Origin: an uncultured virus (IMG/VR IMGVR_UViG_3300025751_000002)
Lineage: Duplodnaviria > Heunggongvirae > Uroviricota > Caudoviricetes
Direction: 5' to 3' (one strand)
IMG/VR virus record: IMGVR_UViG_3300025751_000002
DNA: 20,000 nucleotides
The notes below the pieces were generated by a model that was not told the origin of the DNA, ran no database searches, and saw only the letters and a list, made by a program, of their open reading frames with translations. The translations under genes were made by a program, and so were the position numbers. Of this stretch, positions 15,343 through 20,000 are shown in pieces. Every line of letters begins with the position of its first letter. The first letter of the stretch is position 1.

Positions 15343-15870
15343 TTAAAAATTAAATGCGCCCATCATGCTTGCAAACATTTGGGAACCACGTTGGATGTTA
15401 GCCACCCTTCTATTACCTGCGTTAACAATCTTCTGTAAATCAATTTTTCCTTTGTATTCAGCTTCTGTTAAAGGGATACGATTATCGACTTCGTACTTTA
15501 AACGTTCGGTTGCACCAGCTTCCTGTAATTGGGCAATTGCTTTGCGTGTATCCCATTCGTAACCAGTTGTTGCTGAATTAAGTTCAGCTAACGTTGCATC
15601 AATACCTTCCTTTTGGTACCCACCAAAACTACTGCCTCCGCCACCGCTGGTAGTGGATCCTGTTGAAATTGGCTCAACTAATTTAGGTTGATATGCTCCT
15701 GTTGCAGCTGCACTTTGAGTTGCAGATGAAAGTTTAATACCTTTATTAGCTGCTTTTGCGTAAACATCAGCCGTTGAAACGCCTAAATTGTCAGCGATAC
15801 GTTGGATTTCTCCAGGGCCTAGTTTATTGCCTACGTCTCTTAAAGCTTGACCAATACCTCTTCCAGCCAT
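15343..15870 (-). CDS. Hypothetical protein
   Basis: 175 aa with AGGAG SD, ending FASMMGAFNF. Confidence 0.75.
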   Translation of the reverse strand: MAGRGIGQALRDVGNKLGPGEIQRIADNLGVSTADVYAKAANKGIKLSSATQSAAATGAYQPKLVEPISTGSTTSGGGGSSFGGYQKEGIDATLAELNSATTGYEWDTRKAIAQLQEAGATERLKYEVDNRIPLTEAEYKGKIDLQKIVNAGNRRVANIQRGSQMFASMMGAFNF

Positions 15871-15900
15871 TTTTACTCCTGTTAATTAAACTATTTTAAG

Positions 15901-16467
15901 TTAACTACCCATTGCCGCTTTAAGAGCGGTTACATTTGCGGGATTAAATGTAAAAGTACCGCGCTTAAGGTAACCTTGCTCATCGCGCCCCATGGGTCCA
16001 TACATTGCTTCAAACAAGTAATCTTGCTCTGTTTTAATCTTACCCATGCCTTCAGGTGATGCCATGAGTGTATCACCTAAAAAGGCTGAGAAAGCACCTG
16101 GATCACTTGGAGAAATGCGGCGGGCTCCAGCAAGACCTTTAAAACTTTCAATCTCATCAAAAGTAGGTGCGCGACCTAATAAGGTTTCGTAGCTACTCTC
16201 AATTAAAGGATCAAGGGAACGATACCGCCCTGGTTTAATAGAACGAGATTTTTTACCAGCAAGTTTACGCGCTGCTTTCTGTGCTTTGCCTGATTTCCAG
16301 CCATACACATCTGCTTCTGCAAGAAAAGAAGCTGCGGCCGATTCTGGAGATTCCTGGCCTAATTTAATAGCCTGCTTATAACTTTTAATGAAAGGTCTCT
16401 TTCTGCCGCCTTGATAACGACCTAAAATACCTTCGATAATAGATTCATCAGCGTACATGTTATTCAC
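15901..16467 (-). CDS. Hypothetical protein with a DUF4214/phycobilisome-linker-like helical motif
   Basis: 188 aa containing LIESSYETLLGRAPTFDEI...LMASPE. Confidence 0.7.
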   Translation of the reverse strand: MNNMYADESIIEGILGRYQGGRKRPFIKSYKQAIKLGQESPESAAASFLAEADVYGWKSGKAQKAARKLAGKKSRSIKPGRYRSLDPLIESSYETLLGRAPTFDEIESFKGLAGARRISPSDPGAFSAFLGDTLMASPEGMGKIKTEQDYLFEAMYGPMGRDEQGYLKRGTFTFNPANVTALKAAMGS

Positions 16468-16937
16468 CCATAGAAAGAACCAGAAGTAAGTCGTGCCATT
16501 GCCGGTCCATACTTACCTGCCATCTTGTCAAAACTATCCATCCTTCCTTCAAAGCCCCTTGCTTTTTTGTAAGCAGGAGAATTCATTAAAGCAATTTCAC
16601 GTTTGGTGTCTTTAAAATCAAGATACCTAGGAAATTCTTGCGCAGAGAGTTGGCTGCCAAACGCATATTCCCTATCTTTCTCCATTTGTTCGCGGGCTGC
16701 ACTAGCAGCACGAGAACCACCAAATAATTGCCCTACAGTACCAAGTGCAGATAAGGTTAATCCTGTCCAGCCAACGGGGCCAAGTGCTGCACCTAAACCT
16801 GCTAAGCCGCCTGCTGCGCCACCTGCACCGGCTAAGGCACCAGTACCAGAAAGTGCTGCACCTGCGCCTGCAGCAGAAGGAGCTAACGCAGCAGTACCAA
16901 AGCTAGGTGCCATGAAGCTAGGAATTGCCGGAAACAT
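16464..16937 (-). CDS. Gly/Ala-rich pilot/ejection-like protein
   Basis: A long hydrophobic Gly/Ala N-terminus followed by a charged helix (SAAREQMEKDRE). Confidence 0.65.
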   Translation of the reverse strand: MFPAIPSFMAPSFGTAALAPSAAGAGAALSGTGALAGAGGAAGGLAGLGAALGPVGWTGLTLSALGTVGQLFGGSRAASAAREQMEKDREYAFGSQLSAQEFPRYLDFKDTKREIALMNSPAYKKARGFEGRMDSFDKMAGKYGPAMARLTSGSFYG

Positions 16938-16939
16938 AA

Positions 16940-17437
16940 TTAAGCCCTCCCTAAACGTGAACGAATGCCAGAACCAAATGCTGGACGGTTACCATAAGCA
17001 GCAAATGTACCTGGTAACTGTTGAGTTTGTGCGGCTAAGCTTTGCAACGGAATTGCCCTCATTGCATTAATGGTTTGAGGGATTTGACCAATTGCATTAA
17101 TCCCTGCACCAATTAAGTTTGATTGTAAACCAAACCGTTGCTTTTGTTCACCAATGCGTTTTAATGGTCCTTCGATTTGCTCAAAGATCCTGCCGATTTC
17201 TTCTGGAGTTTGTTTTTGACCTTCCAGGATACTACCCAAGAAAGCAGTGCTGGCTAACTCTCTTTTTGCCTCGTCGTCATCCTTAAGACCAAAAGTAGTT
17301 AAAAAGCTATTAAAATTTTCAGGATCTAAATAACTACCCGCCAGCCGATTTTGTGCCTGGCCAAAACCCATCACATTGATGGGACCACCATACGAAGTGT
17401 TACTGCCGTATCCGCCAAAGTTTAATCCCATGATCAA
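16940..17437 (-). CDS. Hypothetical protein (possible internal virion protein)
   Basis: 165 aa, ATGA-coupled to the upstream gene. Confidence 0.7.
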   Translation of the reverse strand: MIMGLNFGGYGSNTSYGGPINVMGFGQAQNRLAGSYLDPENFNSFLTTFGLKDDDEAKRELASTAFLGSILEGQKQTPEEIGRIFEQIEGPLKRIGEQKQRFGLQSNLIGAGINAIGQIPQTINAMRAIPLQSLAAQTQQLPGTFAAYGNRPAFGSGIRSRLGRA

Positions 17438-18369
17438 CCAAACCTAATTTGAGGGGCATTCAGTGTTGCACTGGCGTATGGATTACTAGTTAAAGCAGTA
17501 CGTACAGTTTCACCTGTTTGAGCCTGGGCTCCACGGGCAAGTGCGCCTGCATTTGCAAGCATGCCCTGCTGGAGATAAGCTTGATTTTGTGTATTAAGTA
17601 AAGCTTGCTGACGCACCAAGGCTGCATCGTTAAGTTTATTAATAAGCGGAAGTTTACGTTCTAAATCAGAATACTCTACCTCTTTCATGCCCTTGGCTAA
17701 ATCAATAACACTGCTAGTGTTAATTCCCATCATATTACGATATTGAGTCATTCCTAACTCATCTAGCTGACGCGCTCTAGCAAGTTGATTAGCAAAATCT
17801 TCTTCACCTGTAATAGGGTCACCTGTTAGTTTTCGTTTTACTTTCTCGGCACCAGAAGCTGCAGCACCTGGAAGAATAGCGCCAAGACCCATGAGTCCAA
17901 GGCCGACTGCAGTACCAGCAACACCTCCTTTGCCGATCATGGCCTGACCCGTACGGCCAATCATGCCAGTACCCAAAGCAGATAGACCCGCCGGAGCAAG
18001 CGCGGCTAATGAGCCGAGTGGACGACCTTCCTGTAATTCTCCTAGTGAAGCACCAATAGCTGGAGTAGCCGCAAGAGCAGCAGTACCCAAGAGGCCATAG
18101 CGACCTGCCTGTGGATAACGCTTTAAGAAATCTTGTGCAGCTACTTTTGCCTCCCTAAGCTTTTGTCTCCCTTTACCAAGGACTTCTGTCGCTTGGTCAC
18201 GTAAACCAGGTCCTGGTTGACCGGGAATACCTGAAAGAATAGGAGTTGCACCGCGAGAAGGAAGTAAATCGGGATCAACTAAACCAGCACGTGCAGCTAC
18301 ATAAGGATCTTGATAATAAGCTCTTGGATCTAAACCCGCCCGCATGGCGGCTAATTCTTCCGGCGTCAT
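17434..18369 (-). CDS. Gly/Ala-rich protein with hydrophobic segments and coiled coil, possible ejection protein
   Basis: 311 aa with repeated GxxxG segments. Confidence 0.72.
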   Translation of the reverse strand: MTPEELAAMRAGLDPRAYYQDPYVAARAGLVDPDLLPSRGATPILSGIPGQPGPGLRDQATEVLGKGRQKLREAKVAAQDFLKRYPQAGRYGLLGTAALAATPAIGASLGELQEGRPLGSLAALAPAGLSALGTGMIGRTGQAMIGKGGVAGTAVGLGLMGLGAILPGAAASGAEKVKRKLTGDPITGEEDFANQLARARQLDELGMTQYRNMMGINTSSVIDLAKGMKEVEYSDLERKLPLINKLNDAALVRQQALLNTQNQAYLQQGMLANAGALARGAQAQTGETVRTALTSNPYASATLNAPQIRFG

Positions 18370-18400
18370 TTATCAATAGTCTTTATTTATTTAAATTCTA

Positions 18401-19306
18401 TCACTGCATGCCTAATGTATATTCCGTTGTTGTTGGTAATTTTGGTCGATTAGCAGATGCAATCGCCTGATTCATAGCGTTACCAACCAACGCACCTGCA
18501 CCTGAGCCAGCAAGGCCTGCAATTGCGGAGCGTGTAAATCTACCTTTGGGTCCACCAGCTCTTGCTGCAGTGCCAACAGCAGCCGCACCACCAACAGCTG
18601 ATGTAACCGAAGGAATAGTTACTGGAAAACCAAGGAGCCGTGCTTCTGGTACACCTTCAAGATTCTCAGGAGTAAATTTAGCAACACCGAGTAAACCACG
18701 ATCTTGATAGTAACTCCTCATAAAGTTGCCATAACGTTGTGGTGTTAAATCAGGAATATCTTGTTTAGCTGTTTCGTACTTTAGTGGGCGACCAGAGCGC
18801 CCAAGAAAGAAACGTTCAAACAACTCCATGGTTGGCTGAGAAGTTTCCCGTCGATCTTCAGAGCCTTCTTCTGCATAATTTTGAGCGAAACCCTTCGGCC
18901 TAAATTGTTGTGAAACATTAGTGATGTCATACGCACCCGTCAATGCTGCTGATGGAGCCAGTGCTGCTGTCATCAAGAGACCTTTCTTAATTGGTCCCAG
19001 CTCTTGTGTCGCTTGTTTTCCAATTGCTTTTTCTGTTATTGCATTTTTAATTGCTTCGGGATGGTTGTAACGCCACCAAAGTGTACGTGTACCGTCATTC
19101 GTAATATCTGCAATCATTCGCGCGGTATAAGCACCTACAAATTCAGCAGGTGTCTCGCGTAAAGTAATTGCTTTTCTATTTTCTTCCTCTGTTGCAAGAC
19201 GTTTTTTAAACGATGGAGCGCCAATTGATAAATTATATTCATTGGACTCCATCATCAGCTTTTCAGCTGTGCGGTAACCTTGCTGTGCTTTCTGAAATAA
19301 ATTCAT
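18401..19306 (-). CDS. Hypothetical protein with C-terminal glycine zipper
   Basis: 301 aa containing AIAGLAGSGAGALVGNAM. Confidence 0.75.
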   Translation of the reverse strand: MNLFQKAQQGYRTAEKLMMESNEYNLSIGAPSFKKRLATEEENRKAITLRETPAEFVGAYTARMIADITNDGTRTLWWRYNHPEAIKNAITEKAIGKQATQELGPIKKGLLMTAALAPSAALTGAYDITNVSQQFRPKGFAQNYAEEGSEDRRETSQPTMELFERFFLGRSGRPLKYETAKQDIPDLTPQRYGNFMRSYYQDRGLLGVAKFTPENLEGVPEARLLGFPVTIPSVTSAVGGAAAVGTAARAGGPKGRFTRSAIAGLAGSGAGALVGNAMNQAIASANRPKLPTTTEYTLGMQ

Positions 19307-19309
19307 GAC

Positions 19310-19876
19310 TTACGCAATACCGTATTGAGAAATAAGAGCTTGATCTTGTGGTGTTAAGTATTGCTGCCAATTACCAGCAAGTTGCATTTGTCTTGGCATG
19401 TCGTCTAAAAACTCCATACCTGCCATCTGGAACTGCGTACCAGGTGCCACAGCTTGTATAGGAAGATTATTAACTTGTGCGCGTTCGATCATCTGCGCCA
19501 TAATTTGTTGTTCTTGCGAGTAATTTGCAGGAACAGGACGTGGCTCCAGGATCGAAGATAAGCCGTAGCCAGTACCAACGGAGGTAAGGAAATTTACAGG
19601 TGTTTCAGCACGACTGGTCTTATTTATAGTTTCAATCTTGCCTGTATTTAAATCCCTTACACGACGCGTTTGATACGATTTTGGACGTAATGCTCTTACC
19701 CCTGCTACAGAAGCACCTGACGCAAGAGTATCTCCAATACCGTAAGCAAGAGCAGTAAGTGGATTAGATCCTCCAAGAAGAGATACTCCAGTGGCAAGGG
19801 CACCACTAGTCAATGAAGGCGCGGCGACCTGTTTAACTGTATTTAATAATCCTTGGAATAACTTACCTTTACTCAT
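19310..19876 (-). CDS. Hypothetical protein with Gly/Ala-rich hydrophobic N-terminus
   Basis: 188 aa with an upstream TATAAT. Confidence 0.72.
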   Translation of the reverse strand: MSKGKLFQGLLNTVKQVAAPSLTSGALATGVSLLGGSNPLTALAYGIGDTLASGASVAGVRALRPKSYQTRRVRDLNTGKIETINKTSRAETPVNFLTSVGTGYGLSSILEPRPVPANYSQEQQIMAQMIERAQVNNLPIQAVAPGTQFQMAGMEFLDDMPRQMQLAGNWQQYLTPQDQALISQYGIA

Positions 19877-19907
19877 GATATTTATCTTTTATTAGTATTA
19901 TAAGCCG

Positions 19908-20000
19908 TTAGGCTTCCTCATCTTTTTTGATGTCTTCACCATCTTTTGGTTGTTCGTTAAGAAGAGAAGCAACAGATTGATTACCCTCTGCTTCGTTTAA
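19908..20000 (-). CDS. 3' end of a CDS entering from outside the window
   Basis: Open frame ...LNEAEGNQSVASLLNEQPKDGEDIKKDEEA* ending at TAA 19910-19908. Confidence 0.6.
   Translation of the reverse strand, partial: LNEAEGNQSVASLLNEQPKDGEDIKKDEEA

Noticed and set aside
50..18470. Remaining short alternative-frame and plus-strand ORFs (e.g. 50..259, 439..696, 8067..8504, 14613..14918, 15035..15340, 16603..17070)
   Set aside because: They overlap better-supported minus-strand genes and lack SD, promoter or motif support.

Overview
This is a virion morphogenesis module of a tailed dsDNA phage or prophage, with almost all genes on the minus strand. A cyanobacterial host is my inference. In transcription order: a run of Gly/Ala-rich putative internal or ejection proteins and small basic proteins, a possible small terminase, the large terminase, a holin-like membrane protein, an AbrB-like protein, putative portal, putative scaffold, major capsid protein (MCP), putative decoration protein, a helix-hairpin-helix protein, a putative adaptor, a lambda-R-type lysozyme and further structural genes. 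The main finding is that the MCP gene is split after codon 4 by an 826-nt group I intron (6551-7376). The P1/IGS/P10 pairings and the P, Q, R, S core are readable by eye. The intron's P1 loop carries an HNH endonuclease gene on the opposite strand, with its own predicted sigma70-type promoter overlapping P1. Other features: a 530-nt dual-coding portal/scaffold overlap, a -10-like hexamer 20-26 nt before most start codons, inverted repeats abutting several start codons, an unlisted signal-peptide-like 38-aa ORF behind a structured leader, and a perfect 75-bp duplication. All protein calls come from motif recognition and gene order; no database searches were run.
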